A DNA stretch of 64,000 bases from an uncultured Clostridium sp. (GTDB lineage: Bacteria > Bacillota > Clostridia > TANB77 > CAG-508), in NCBI GenBank assembly GCA_948437895.1, contig CAOJKK010000003.1, positions 2,945 through 66,944 on the forward strand. The letters run 5' to 3'. The first letter of the stretch is position 1. Each line of letters begins with the position of its first letter. A model generated the notes under the pieces. The model worked only from the letters and a program-made list of their open reading frames with translations. It did no database searches and was not told where the DNA came from. This document shows, in pieces, positions 1 to 9,518 of this stretch. Both the position numbers and the translations under genes were made by a program.

Positions 1-153
1 TCAATGCCAGATATGCTAAATCCTAAACTAACTGCAAGCTGGGAAAAAGGATTAGAAATGGTCGCAAAGAAAGAAATAATGCCAGATGAGTTTATGGGTA
101 AATTAGAAAGGTATGTAAAATCTAAATTTGATAAGTTAGTAATAAATATGTAG
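1..153 (+). CDS. 3' end of a CDS truncated by the window edge; type IA topoisomerase (Topo III-like) C-terminus
   Basis: Frame 1 is open from the window edge to TAG 151-153. The translation SMPDMLNPKLTASWEKGLEMVAKKEIMPDEFMGKLERYVKSKFDKLVINM resembles the T..WE..L..I..G....F tail of TopB-type enzymes. Recognised from memory only. Confidence 0.35.
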   Translation, partial: SMPDMLNPKLTASWEKGLEMVAKKEIMPDEFMGKLERYVKSKFDKLVINM

Positions 154-345
154 CACACTTGACAACATTATGTAAAGTGTGCTACAATATAATTACAACT
201 AGGATATGTTAGATGTAACAATCTAGTTGATTATATAGATACTCTTCTAAAAGATACAGAAAGTATTAAATTTTATATAAGGAGGATTAGATGGAAGAGG
301 TTAATTAGAAAAGGGACGTTTGTTATTATTAATAAATGTTCCTTT

Positions 346-717
346 TCATTTTGCTATTTTACATTCGCTTAGAATATGATTTATTAAATTTTCTTTTACT
401 GGAATTGCAGTATAATCCACATAGAAATTTCCAGGAGAATTAATTTTAAGTATTTCGCCAGGTTCTGGAAGTGTACCCATGATATTTTCTTTTGGAATAT
501 AGTATGAGGTTTTTGTATTGTTATCAAAGCAAACAGCAAAATTATTATCGAATTTTGCGAAGTTTAGTATAGTATGCCATGGCAGACTTTTTGCACATTC
601 GAAAGACTGCTTTTTATTTAAATTATCTTTTAATTCATTTATAAAGTTTCCAATTATAGAATTGTTTTTAGAATCAATTGGTTTTGCCATTAAATTATTT
701 AAGAAATCAAGTTTCAA
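346..717 (-). CDS. hypothetical protein (123 aa)
   Basis: ORF from the track. A stem-loop gaaaagggac...gttccttttc lies just downstream of its stop. I recognise no family. Confidence 0.45.
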   Translation of the reverse strand: MKLDFLNNLMAKPIDSKNNSIIGNFINELKDNLNKKQSFECAKSLPWHTILNFAKFDNNFAVCFDNNTKTSYYIPKENIMGTLPEPGEILKINSPGNFYVDYTAIPVKENLINHILSECKIAK

Positions 718-863
718 AGAATCACATCCTTTAATAATATTAGAAGTAAATATATAAAATTATAATGGAAGAAAATGGAAAAGTCAATAAATAAAGATGA
801 TATTTTATTACAATATTCGTTGTGATATAATATAGAAACAAAAAAAGAAAAGGAATTAAGAAT

Positions 864-1739
864 ATGAAAAAGATAAATAGAATAATAACAATATTAGTAA
901 TAATTTTAAGTATAACTACATTTACATTTGCACATGGTGGAAATATAAGTGGTTGGAAGGATAAGGATTCTAACAAAATTGTAAGCCATGATGGTAAATA
1001 CTATGGATATCACAATAAAGATGGAGTTAGACATTATCACGAGGTAAAATGGAATGATAAAAATAATAGATGGGATATAGTAGATAGTAATATTTATTAT
1101 GATAAGGATTCTAATATAACAACATTAGAAGAATTGTCAAAGAATGATAAAGAAACTGAAAAAGTAATAGTGAAATTTAGTGAGGGTGTTGATGGAGACA
1201 CAGCTAAATTCGATATGAATGGAGAAATAATCAAAGTAAGATTTTTAGCAGTAGATACACCAGAGAGTGTTCATCCTACAAAAGAAGTACAAGCTTATGG
1301 AGTGGAGGCCAGTGATTTTACAAAAGAGAAGTTGAAAAATGCTAAGACCATAGAGTTAGAGTTTGATAATAATTCAGATAAGACAGATAAATATGGTAGA
1401 TATTTAGCATGGATATGGGTAGATGGAGAATTGCTTCAAGATCTATTAGTAAAAGAAGGTTTAGCTAAAGTAGCATATTTATATGCTGATTATAAATATA
1501 CAAGTCTTTTACAAGAAAGTGAAAAAGTAGCAAAAGAAGCTAAAATAGGAATCTGGAAAGATGAAGCTTCAAATGAATATAGTGAGAAAGAGGATTTTGT
1601 AGATATCGAAGAAGTAGAGAATAATAGTATACAACCAAATGAAAAACCAAAAGATACAAATTATATTAAAGAGATATCATTAACTTTAGTGTTAATAGTA
1701 ATAGCAGTAATAGTGAAATTCATAAAAAGAAAGCAGTAA
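864..1739 (+). CDS. nuc: membrane-anchored thermonuclease (staphylococcal nuclease/SNase family)
   Basis: N-terminal hydrophobic signal, then an SNase core: VDGDTAKF...VRFLAVDTPES...DKYGRYLAWIWVDGELLQDLLVKEGLAKVAYLY. C-terminal TM helix LTLVLIVIAVIVKFIKRK. An AGGAA-type RBS lies upstream. Confidence 0.8.
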   Translation: MKKINRIITILVIILSITTFTFAHGGNISGWKDKDSNKIVSHDGKYYGYHNKDGVRHYHEVKWNDKNNRWDIVDSNIYYDKDSNITTLEELSKNDKETEKVIVKFSEGVDGDTAKFDMNGEIIKVRFLAVDTPESVHPTKEVQAYGVEASDFTKEKLKNAKTIELEFDNNSDKTDKYGRYLAWIWVDGELLQDLLVKEGLAKVAYLYADYKYTSLLQESEKVAKEAKIGIWKDEASNEYSEKEDFVDIEEVENNSIQPNEKPKDTNYIKEISLTLVLIVIAVIVKFIKRKQ

Positions 1740-1814
1740 TAAAAAGTTTCGTTCTAAGATAACCTTCATATGAATACAATTAAACAAATGTATTTCGTAT
1801 GGAGGTTTTGCTTT

Positions 1815-2087
1815 ATGAAAAACAAATCAATAGAAGAACGTGCAGTTTGCCTAGCACAATATATAATAGATTCTAAAGATACAGTACGTGGAGCAGCAAA
1901 AAAATTTGGAATTTCAAAATCTACAGTACATAAAGATGTAAGCGAAAGATTAATTCATATAAATAAAACTTTAGCGATAGAAGTTAGGAAAGTTTTAGAT
2001 GAGAATAAAGCAGAAAGACATATAAGAGGAGGAATGGCTACAAAAATGAAATATAGCCATGAATGTCCCAAAAGGGACGTTTCTTAG
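1815..2087 (+). CDS. spoIIID: stage III sporulation transcription regulator SpoIIID
   Basis: GGAGG at 1801-1805 precedes ATG 1815. The product is 90 aa and matches the SpoIIID HTH: KKFGISKSTVHKDVSERL...RHIRGGMATKMKY. The last ~10 codons (SHECPKRDVS) are encoded by a GGGAC repeat element. Confidence 0.85.
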   Translation: MKNKSIEERAVCLAQYIIDSKDTVRGAAKKFGISKSTVHKDVSERLIHINKTLAIEVRKVLDENKAERHIRGGMATKMKYSHECPKRDVS

Positions 2088-2109
2088 TGGGACACTTTGT
2101 CCCAAATAA
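2065..2109. repeat. GGGAC-box repeat, copy A (gtcccaaaagggacgtttcttagtgggacactttgtcccaaataa)
   Basis: The 36-nt core 2074-2109 matches 52507-52542 at 32 of 36 positions by my hand alignment. It contains the short palindromes gtccc/gggac and tgggac/gtccca. Confidence 0.7.
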
Positions 2110-2134
2110 AGCAAAAGTTACCTAGTATAAGATA

Positions 2135-2165
2135 AAAATACAGAGAATAAAATTCTCTGTATTTT
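2135..2165. terminator. bidirectional rho-independent terminator between spoIIID and the convergent zinc-ribbon gene
   Basis: Perfect 14-bp stem aaaatacagagaat / attctctgtatttt with a 3-nt loop, flanked by A and T runs. Confidence 0.8.
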
Positions 2166-2170
2166 ACTTT

Positions 2171-2323
2171 TTAATAATTGTTTCTTTGTTGTTTTCTAGC
2201 TCTTCTACATTCTACACATCTTGTTGGTTCTTGAAATCCTTTTTCGCTATAAAATGCTTGTTCACCTTCAGTGAAAACAAACTCAGCACCACAATCTTTA
2301 CATGTTAAAGTTTTGTCTGCCAT
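2171..2323 (-). CDS. small zinc-ribbon protein (50 aa), absent from the ORF track
   Basis: The minus strand reads ATG (2323) to TAA (2171-2173): MADKTLTCKDCGAEFVFTEGEQAFYSEKGFQEPTRCVECRRARKQQRNNY. It has two CxxC pairs and a strong RBS (aggagga) 7 nt upstream. Confidence 0.65.
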   Translation of the reverse strand: MADKTLTCKDCGAEFVFTEGEQAFYSEKGFQEPTRCVECRRARKQQRNNY

Positions 2324-2593
2324 TATAAGTTCCTCCTTCTTAGAATTCTAATTTAATTTCTTTGACACAAATGATCCATTCCAAAAAGAAGGGTAATATA
2401 GTCTAAATAAATTAAATCGGTTTTAACAACCAAGTAAAAGTATATCATACAATAAATAATTTAACAAGAGAAATTTTATTAAAATAAGGGTTTATATATA
2501 AATTAGGACCTATAATTACAAAAAGACATAATTAATCTTGAAATCTATATATTAATAGTATATATTATGTTGTGTTAAAGGGAGGGAGAAAAA

Positions 2594-2896
2594 ATGCTAG
2601 ATTTAATTCTTATTATACTATTAATAGTTAGTATATCTAAACCAGATATATTATTAGCGAAGAAAGTAAGAGAGAAAGCAAATGAGGAACAAAAAAGTGT
2701 ATTAGCAAAGAATATTAGAAAAGTATATGGTTTTCTAATAGCAACAATAGAAACTGTAGCTCTTCGTAGATATGTTGATGATGATTTAGGTATAGTACTT
2801 CTTATTGTAACTATCGTACTATTAGTACTATTTTTTGTATTTGCTGTGCCAGCAATAAAAGAAAATAGAAAAATACTTAAAGAGTTAAATAAATAA
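2594..2896 (+). CDS. small membrane protein (100 aa, two hydrophobic helices)
   Basis: GGGAGGGAG RBS at 2580-2588. Hydrophobic N- and C-terminal segments. Confidence 0.5.
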   Translation: MLDLILIILLIVSISKPDILLAKKVREKANEEQKSVLAKNIRKVYGFLIATIETVALRRYVDDDLGIVLLIVTIVLLVLFFVFAVPAIKENRKILKELNK

Positions 2897-2910
2897 TAAT
2901 ACATAGAAAT

Positions 2911-2950
2911 GTCTCAGAAGGGAGCATCCCTTTTGGGACATTTTGTTCTT
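2911..2950. repeat. GGGAC-box repeat, diverged copy C
   Basis: gtctcagaagggagcatcccttttgggacattttgttctt shares ttgggacattttgt and the cagaRgggaS part with copy B at 52501-52542. Confidence 0.5.
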
Positions 2951-3017
2951 AAGTCGTTCACCAATCTACAAACTTCGACATAGAATATACTACCAATATT
3001 TTTTTGGAGTGATAATA

Positions 3018-3833
3018 ATGAGCATAAAAAAAGGAGATATTGTAGGTAGAAAATCCTATGGAAAAGATGTTTTTTTTGTTGTAGATAATATATTAAAAAC
3101 TAGATTAGATAATCAGTTTGCACTACTTAAAGGACTTAATATTAGAGTTATGGCAGATAGTCCTATAGAAGATTTAGAGATAATTAGTAAAGAAGATGTC
3201 ATAAATAGTATAAAGTCAGTAGATATAAATTTGGAAAAAAGAATAAAAGTAGGGAAAGACAAGGTTAATAATTCTTTAAAGAGACAGAAAATATATACAG
3301 GTAAAATATTGCATTTAGATGGTGATAGAAAATATAGTGAGAAGTCAGCAAGGTACTATAATAAAATTGGACTTAATGCAGTAGTTAAGAATATTGCAGA
3401 AAATAGACAGGCAAAGGTAGTAGTACCACTTCTTAATAAATATAATCCAGATATTCTAATAATAACTGGACATGATGCGATGCTTAAAAATGGAAGTAAT
3501 TATAATAATATATATAATTACAGAAATTCTAGGCATTTTATAAACACAGTAAAAGAAGCAAGAAAATGGGGAATGAGTTCTGATAAATTAGTTATATTTG
3601 CGGGAGCATGCCAAAGTTTTTATGAGGGTATAATTTCAGCAGGAGCAGATTTTGCATCATCACCAGGAAGAATATTAATAGATTTCGTTGATCCATTAAT
3701 AGTTGCAGAAAAAATTGCTATTACTGAAGAGTATAGATTTGTAAGTAGCACAGAAATTTCAAGAGAAATAAAGGAAGGTGCAAGAGGGGTTAGTGGTATT
3801 GGAGCAAGAGGAAAAAGCAAAATTATAGGTTAG
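3018..3833 (+). CDS. yabG: sporulation-specific protease YabG (peptidase U57)
   Basis: GGAG at 3006-3009 precedes ATG 3018. Family features: MSIKKGDIVGRKSYGKDVFF..., ILIITGHDA, LVIFAGACQS. The track ORF starts upstream at 2943, but no RBS supports that start. Confidence 0.8.
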   Translation: MSIKKGDIVGRKSYGKDVFFVVDNILKTRLDNQFALLKGLNIRVMADSPIEDLEIISKEDVINSIKSVDINLEKRIKVGKDKVNNSLKRQKIYTGKILHLDGDRKYSEKSARYYNKIGLNAVVKNIAENRQAKVVVPLLNKYNPDILIITGHDAMLKNGSNYNNIYNYRNSRHFINTVKEARKWGMSSDKLVIFAGACQSFYEGIISAGADFASSPGRILIDFVDPLIVAEKIAITEEYRFVSSTEISREIKEGARGVSGIGARGKSKIIG

Positions 3834-3941
3834 TAATATTAACGTAACAATAATGTAATACAATTGTAATAATAGACAGTGAAAATGGTTATATACCTAG
3901 AGCACCAATAGATACAGAAAACAAACAGGAACAGCAGTTTT

Positions 3942-3970
3942 TTGACAATTTTCATGTCTGATGATATAAT
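3942..3970 (+). promoter_or_regulatory. consensus sigma-A promoter of veg
   Basis: TTGACA (3942-3947), exactly 17 nt of spacer, then TATAAT (3965-3970), about 35 nt upstream of veg. Confidence 0.65.
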
Positions 3971-4004
3971 TGCATCATCTAAAATATGAAGGTGCGTGAG
4001 ATTT

Positions 4005-4277
4005 ATGATCTACAAAAATGATATCTCTAGTATAAAAGATGAGATAGGAGAAAAAATCGGACAAAAGATAATTGTTAAAGGATCACTTGGAAGAAACAAA
4101 CCTTTTGAAGAACAAGCAGTTATAAAAGAAACATATCCAAATATATTTGTAGTGCAATATCAAGAACATGACACAAATGTTAGCTATAGATATATAGATA
4201 TACTTACAAGAGATTTAGAAGTTTCAGTATTTGATGGAGAAGGATATTGTCCATTAATACCACCAGTACAAAAGTAA
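4005..4277 (+). CDS. veg: Veg protein
   Basis: GAAGGTG RBS, then ATG 4005. IKDEIGEKIGQKIIVKGSLGRNKPFEEQAVIKETYPNIFVV...VSYRYIDILT matches the Veg family pattern. Confidence 0.8.
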   Translation: MIYKNDISSIKDEIGEKIGQKIIVKGSLGRNKPFEEQAVIKETYPNIFVVQYQEHDTNVSYRYIDILTRDLEVSVFDGEGYCPLIPPVQK

Positions 4278-4373
4278 AAAATAATATAAGTTTAAAATTC
4301 CTAAGTAATTAGGAATTTTTTTTGTCCAACTTAATATAATATATATTATTAAACTTTAAAGGAGGGATTTTAT

Positions 4374-5912
4374 ATGCTACTAGAAACAGAAAAAGAGAGA
4401 GTATGCATAAACAAAAAAGTTGGGCAAAACATAAAAGAAACTGAAGTAGAGGGAGACGTTATAGTAAATGATATTAAACCAGATGTATTAAATATAATCA
4501 GTGCAGATGGAATACCATGTGTATATAAAAAAGAAGTAATGGATGGAAAAGTTAGGATAGATGGGAGTATTAATACATATATTATATACTTAGCAGACAA
4601 TGAAGAAGCTTCAATAAGAAGTCTTAATACAGTTCTAGACTTTACACAGGTAATAGATGTAGAGGGATGTATGACAGGGATGACTTCAAAAGAAAGTATA
4701 AATATAAAAAACATTGAATGCAAAGTATTAAATGGAAGAAAAATAAATGTAAAGACTACTTTGAGCATAGGTTCAAAAGTTTATTCAAATGATAATGTAG
4801 AAGTTATATCTAATATAAATAACTTGGATGATGTTCAAGTGCTAAATAATGATAGAATGGTAAATTCTTTAATTGGAGAGGGAAATACAAAAGTATATGC
4901 AAAAGATACAATAAGTGTAGATGTAGCAGATGAACTAGCAGAAATAATGAAAGCAAATATTAGAATTGTAGATAAAGATATAAAATTAAGCTATAACAAA
5001 GTATTAGCTAAAGCAGATGCAGAGGTTTCAATCTTGTATTTAACAGAAGATAATAGAATAAGAAATATAAATACAAGAATTCCAGTCATGGGATTTATAG
5101 ACATAGAAAATATTAGTGATGAAGCGATATGTGATGTGGATTATCAAATCAAAAATCTAATAATAAAACCTAACAATAGCGATATGAATTCAGTATATAT
5201 AGAAGTAGAAATAGAGATTTCATGTTTTGCATATGAGACAAGGAACATTAGCTTAATCGAGGATTTATATAGTATATCATCAGATTTGAATTTTACTGAG
5301 CAAGAAATAAATACAATGTCAGGAAAACAAAATATAAATGAGATATGTGATATAAGAGAACAAATAAGCATTCCTGAAATGGACGGCAATGCACTATATA
5401 ATGTTAAAACTACTCCTAATATATTAAATACAACTATTAAAAATGGCAAAGTTATTTATGAGGGAGAAATGTCTGTAGAGTTATTGTTTGAAATGAATAG
5501 CACAGTTAATTCTAGAAACATAGAAATACCATTTAATTTTGAAGTTATGTCTGACGGAATAGATGAAAATTGTATGGTTGATACAGATATTGATGTTAGA
5601 AAAGATGACTTTATTGTAAATGGTGGAAGTATTGATGCAAATATTGAATTAGAATTTAATGTTAGCGTAAGCAAAAGCGAGAGATTAAATATAATAAATG
5701 ATATTTCATTAGAAGAGACTAGAGAAAATAATATATATAGTATGGTAATATATTTTGTTAAACCAGGAGATACTTTATGGAAGATAGCTAAAAAATTTAG
5801 AAGTACAATTGAGGATATAGCAAGAGTAAATGGAATAGAAGACCCAAATAAGATTTATCCAGGCGAGCAATTGTATATACCTAAATTTGTTAAGAAAGCA
5901 GTAGCTGTATAA
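4374..5912 (+). CDS. SipL/SpoVID-like spore morphogenesis protein (DUF3794-type repeats plus C-terminal LysM)
   Basis: 512 aa. C-terminal LysM: YFVKPGDTLWKIAKKFRSTIEDIARVNGIEDPNKIYPGEQLYIP. The position next to yabG and veg matches sipL in Peptostreptococcaceae. The family call is from memory. Confidence 0.65.
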   Translation: MLLETEKERVCINKKVGQNIKETEVEGDVIVNDIKPDVLNIISADGIPCVYKKEVMDGKVRIDGSINTYIIYLADNEEASIRSLNTVLDFTQVIDVEGCMTGMTSKESINIKNIECKVLNGRKINVKTTLSIGSKVYSNDNVEVISNINNLDDVQVLNNDRMVNSLIGEGNTKVYAKDTISVDVADELAEIMKANIRIVDKDIKLSYNKVLAKADAEVSILYLTEDNRIRNINTRIPVMGFIDIENISDEAICDVDYQIKNLIIKPNNSDMNSVYIEVEIEISCFAYETRNISLIEDLYSISSDLNFTEQEINTMSGKQNINEICDIREQISIPEMDGNALYNVKTTPNILNTTIKNGKVIYEGEMSVELLFEMNSTVNSRNIEIPFNFEVMSDGIDENCMVDTDIDVRKDDFIVNGGSIDANIELEFNVSVSKSERLNIINDISLEETRENNIYSMVIYFVKPGDTLWKIAKKFRSTIEDIARVNGIEDPNKIYPGEQLYIPKFVKKAVAV

Positions 5913-6613
5913 TGGATAGTATATATTCAAGAAAAAGAATAAAAATTCCAAAGATACAAGGATTTTATACAAACAATAAAAATGCTAAAAAGTTTTTTAG
6001 CATTTTTATTATAATCCTAATTGCTATTCTTACATTTTATACTCTGTTTAAATCAATAAATCCTATGTTTGAAGAACTGTGTGTGGAAAAAGCAAGACAG
6101 CTGGGTACATATATAATGAATAATGCTTCTAATATAATATTAGATAATACTAATTATAGTAATATTGTGTCAATTGAAAAAGATGGAAATAATAATGTAT
6201 TAAAAACAGATGTTGTTGTAATTAATAAGATTGCTTCTGATATAGCACTAGAAGCGGAAAAACAATTTAAAGAACTTGAAAAAGATAATATAAAAATACC
6301 AGTGGGGGCATTAACAGGAAATAAGCTTCTTGCAGGAAGTGGACCTGATATTAATATAAAAGTTATTCCAGCAGGAAATATATTAACCGAAATAAAAAAT
6401 GAATTTGAAGCACAGGGAATAAATCAAACAGTATATAGAATATATCTAGAATTAACTTGTAAGGTGAGTATAGTAACACCATACAAAACAATTGAAAATG
6501 AAATTGTAAATCAAGTACTATTAGTAGAAACTGTAGTAGTAGGAGATGTACCAAATTCGTATTATAATTTAGAAGGGATTAGACAAGATAATGCCATAGA
6601 TGTTATAGAATAA
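5912..6613 (+). CDS. yunB: sporulation protein YunB
   Basis: N-terminal TM helix, about 230 aa, and the start overlaps the upstream stop. Pattern ...VSIEKDGNNNVLKTDVVVINK...IKIPVGALTGNKLLAGSGPDINIKVIP. Confidence 0.7.
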   Translation: MDSIYSRKRIKIPKIQGFYTNNKNAKKFFSIFIIILIAILTFYTLFKSINPMFEELCVEKARQLGTYIMNNASNIILDNTNYSNIVSIEKDGNNNVLKTDVVVINKIASDIALEAEKQFKELEKDNIKIPVGALTGNKLLAGSGPDINIKVIPAGNILTEIKNEFEAQGINQTVYRIYLELTCKVSIVTPYKTIENEIVNQVLLVETVVVGDVPNSYYNLEGIRQDNAIDVIE

Positions 6614-6686
6614 AAATAAGGAAATTTTTTCCTTATTTTTTTAAAAACACTTGATTAAGAAAATGATATATGATATAAAATAATAG

Positions 6687-6709
6687 AAAATAGGAATAAA
6701 TCCTATTTT
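6687..6709. promoter_or_regulatory. 9-5-9 perfect palindrome just upstream of the RBS of the Fur-family gene (candidate operator)
   Basis: aaaatagga ataaa tcctatttt. Confidence 0.3.
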
Positions 6710-6721
6710 AGGAGAAGATTT

Positions 6722-7114
6722 ATGAAAAAATATTCCAGACAAAGAGAAATAATACTAGAAGTATTAAAGAATACACATATGCATCCAACTGCGGAGCAAA
6801 TATGTGAAATGGTAAAAGAGAATGAGCCAAGTATTAGTAGAAGTACAGTTTATAGAAATATTAATCTTCTAGTAGAAGAAGGCGTTATAAAGAAACTATC
6901 TATGCCACTTGGTCCTGACAAGTTTGATTATATTCATAAACCACATGACCATATTGTATGTGTAAAATGTGGTAAAATATATGATTTTGAATATGATTTC
7001 TATAACAAAGAACTATCAGAGAAAATACAGAAAGAGACAGGAATAGAGACAGATTTGGATTCAATAACAATAAATGGAATATGTAAAGATTGTAAATCAA
7101 AAAGTAGAATTTAG
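6722..7114 (+). CDS. perR: Fur-family metalloregulator, PerR-like
   Basis: Winged-helix N-terminus. [18 protein letters not shown] and CKDCKSK give two CxxC pairs. It lies directly upstream of rubrerythrin. Confidence 0.7.
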   Translation: MKKYSRQREIILEVLKNTHMHPTAEQICEMVKENEPSISRSTVYRNINLLVEEGVIKKLSMPLGPDKFDYIHKPHDHIVCVKCGKIYDFEYDFYNKELSEKIQKETGIETDLDSITINGICKDCKSKSRI

Positions 7115-7127
7115 GAGGTTTTTAAAA

Positions 7128-7667
7128 ATGGCAGATTTAAAAGGAACGAAAACAGAGAAAAATTTAATGGAGGCATTTGCTGGTGAATCACAAGCAAGAA
7201 ATAAATATACATATTTTGCAAGCAAAGCAAAAAAAGAAGGATATGAGCAAATAGCAGCAATATTTCAAGAGACAGCTGATAACGAAAAAGAACATGCAAA
7301 AATGTGGTTTAAATTATTAAATAATGGTATTGGAACAACTGCAGAAAACTTAAAAGCAGCAGCTGAAGGAGAAAACTTTGAATGGACAGATATGTATGAT
7401 AGAATGGCTAAAGAAGCTAGAGAAGAAGGGTTTGACCATATAGCTGAATTATTTGAAGGTGTAGCAAAAATAGAAAAAGAACATGAAGAAAGATATATGA
7501 AATTATTAGAAAATGTAGAAGATGGATTAGTATTTAGCAGAGATGGAGATAAAATATGGAAATGTAGAAACTGTGGACATATTCATATTGGAAAAGAAGC
7601 TCCAGAAGTTTGTCCAGTATGTGCACATCCAAGAGCATATTTTGAAATAAAAGCAGAAAACTATTAA
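7128..7667 (+). CDS. rbr: rubrerythrin
   Basis: AGGAGG at 7113-7118 precedes ATG 7128. Diiron four-helix motifs ([36 protein letters not shown]) and a C-terminal rubredoxin domain: CRNCGH...CPVCAHP. Confidence 0.9.
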   Translation: MADLKGTKTEKNLMEAFAGESQARNKYTYFASKAKKEGYEQIAAIFQETADNEKEHAKMWFKLLNNGIGTTAENLKAAAEGENFEWTDMYDRMAKEAREEGFDHIAELFEGVAKIEKEHEERYMKLLENVEDGLVFSRDGDKIWKCRNCGHIHIGKEAPEVCPVCAHPRAYFEIKAENY

Positions 7668-7692
7668 TAATTAGAGTAGAAAATGACTATAT

Positions 7693-7735
7693 AAGGCTAT
7701 AAATATCGTAAATAATGATATTTATAGCCTTTTTC
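7693..7735 (+). terminator. rho-independent terminator of rbr
   Basis: 15-bp stem aaggctataaatatc / gatatttatagcctt followed by a T run. Confidence 0.8.
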
Positions 7736-7834
7736 GTTCGACAAATCAAATTACGACAAATTTTTCTAATAGAAAAATGCTATAATCCATACGGACAGTA
7801 GATATATGCATAATAATTACACAAAAGAAAAGGG

Positions 7835-8095
7835 GTGAATATTTTGAAGAGGCTATATGCAACTGTAGATATTAACAAGGAAAATTCAAAAGGTAAAATC
7901 AAGTATTATGAGGTACAAGGAGAGAGTTATGGAGTGGAGATAGTAAGAGAGGAAAATAGCAAGGTTTTACAAACGAAGGCAATAGAGAATATAACAGACA
8001 AACAAGAAGGAATTAATAAAGTGTTAGAAATGCTTATAAATAATCTAGTTACTCCAGAGACTGTAGAATATATAGAAGAAGACTTAATTTATTAA
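7835..8095 (+). CDS. hypothetical protein (about 83-86 aa)
   Basis: ORF with aaggggtg upstream. The start could be GTG 7835 or TTG 7844. Confidence 0.4.
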   Translation: MNILKRLYATVDINKENSKGKIKYYEVQGESYGVEIVREENSKVLQTKAIENITDKQEGINKVLEMLINNLVTPETVEYIEEDLIY

Positions 8096-8340
8096 TTGAT
8101 GTTATGATAAAGGAAGTATTGTGAATTATATTTTGGATATAGTTCATAATGCTTTTTTTATTGAAACTATTTACAGAAATTGAGTTTCAAAACTTGAGGT
8201 GCCAATTTGTCACCTCAAAAGAAAATGAAAAATCGGAGGTGGAAAAATGAAATAGAAGATAAATGTATAATTGAAAAGCTAATAAATATATGATAGTATA
8301 CATATGAAATATAAAATGGGTTAATAGAAAGGAAAATAAG

Positions 8341-8934
8341 ATGAGAATAGGTATAGATATAGATGGAGTTTTAACAAATATAGAACAGTTTGTATTTGAT
8401 TATGTAATTAAATATTGTGTTGAAAATAATATTGAATATAATGTAGGTAAAAGCAATTACGATTATTGTAAGACATTTAATATAAGTAAAGAGCAAGAAA
8501 TGAATTTTTGGAGTAAATATTTAGAATATTATGCAATAAATGAAAAAGCTAGGCCTTTTGCATCAGAAGTTATAAGAAAATTAAAAGAAGATGGGCATGA
8601 AATATATATAATAACTGCTAGATGGTTTACTAATAGGGATGATGACATAGGAAATAAAATGAGGGAAATAGTTAAAGATTGGCTATGTAAAAATAGTATA
8701 TTATATGATAGATTGATTTTCTCGAAAGCAGAAAAAGAAAGAAAATATAAAGAGATTATTGATAATGATATAGATATAATGATTGAAGATAGTCCAAACA
8801 ACATAAATGAAATATCAAATTTTATTCCAGTAATTTGTTACAATACATTATATAATGAAGAATGTAAAGGAAAAAACGTAATTAGATGTTATAGTTGGTA
8901 TGATATATATTCTAAAATTCTAAAGATTTTATAG
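8341..8934 (+). CDS. HAD-superfamily 5'(3')-deoxyribonucleotidase-like (NT5C family) protein
   Basis: N-terminal DxDGVL motif (MRIGIDIDGVLTN), about 197 aa, GAAAGGAAA RBS. Confidence 0.6.
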   Translation: MRIGIDIDGVLTNIEQFVFDYVIKYCVENNIEYNVGKSNYDYCKTFNISKEQEMNFWSKYLEYYAINEKARPFASEVIRKLKEDGHEIYIITARWFTNRDDDIGNKMREIVKDWLCKNSILYDRLIFSKAEKERKYKEIIDNDIDIMIEDSPNNINEISNFIPVICYNTLYNEECKGKNVIRCYSWYDIYSKILKIL

Positions 8935-9004
8935 TTTAAAAAGAAATTTATATTAATGAAGTAAAATAGAAAAGAGGAACCCATTAGAGTTCCTCTTTTC
9001 TATT

Positions 9005-9298
9005 TTACTTAGAAGAATTTTTGAGCTTACGATACTCATCATTGGATACATAATGCCACCAGCCTTCGATTCTGTTATTAATAAGATGTTGCGTAACAGT
9101 TTCAAAGTCCTTTTTTGATGAGACATAGGGTATACCGCCATTAATGCCAGTTGATATACCTAACTGGCTTGCAACTGATCTTGCTTTATTCATTTGGCAA
9201 AGATCTCCTTCAAAGTAAAATTTTTCCCCTCGATTAGAGGGAGTGGAATGAGCATTTGCTAACAATTCCGCTACTCCGGGATTCATACTTAATTTCAT
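9005..9298 (-). CDS. hypothetical protein (97 aa)
   Basis: ORF with a ggaaaggaaatgacaag RBS context. I recognise no family. Confidence 0.45.
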   Translation of the reverse strand: MKLSMNPGVAELLANAHSTPSNRGEKFYFEGDLCQMNKARSVASQLGISTGINGGIPYVSSKKDFETVTQHLINNRIEGWWHYVSNDEYRKLKNSSK

Positions 9299-9469
9299 CT
9301 TGTCATTTCCTTTCCGGTTTTAATTATAAATTTAGTATAAATAAATCATACTAGTGTAAATATTATACAATAATTTACATAAAAAAGCAAATTAAAGAAT
9401 AAATTACTCTAAATATAATCTATGTGCAAAACGACGAAGTATAGAAAAATTTTGAACTTTAAGAAAATA

Positions 9470-9500
9470 AAAAATCCAGAATAAAAATTCTGGATTTTTT
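9470..9500. terminator. bidirectional terminator downstream of rpsI
   Basis: aaaaatccaga ataaaaa ttctggatttttt. Confidence 0.75.
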
Positions 9501-9518
9501 GTATATTGTAAATATTGT

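Noticed and set aside
291-308. A five-codon mini-ORF (MEEVN) with a perfect AGGAGG-type RBS
   Set aside because: It is too short to evaluate and has no downstream gene on that strand that it could regulate. It may be a remnant. I do not report it as a feature.
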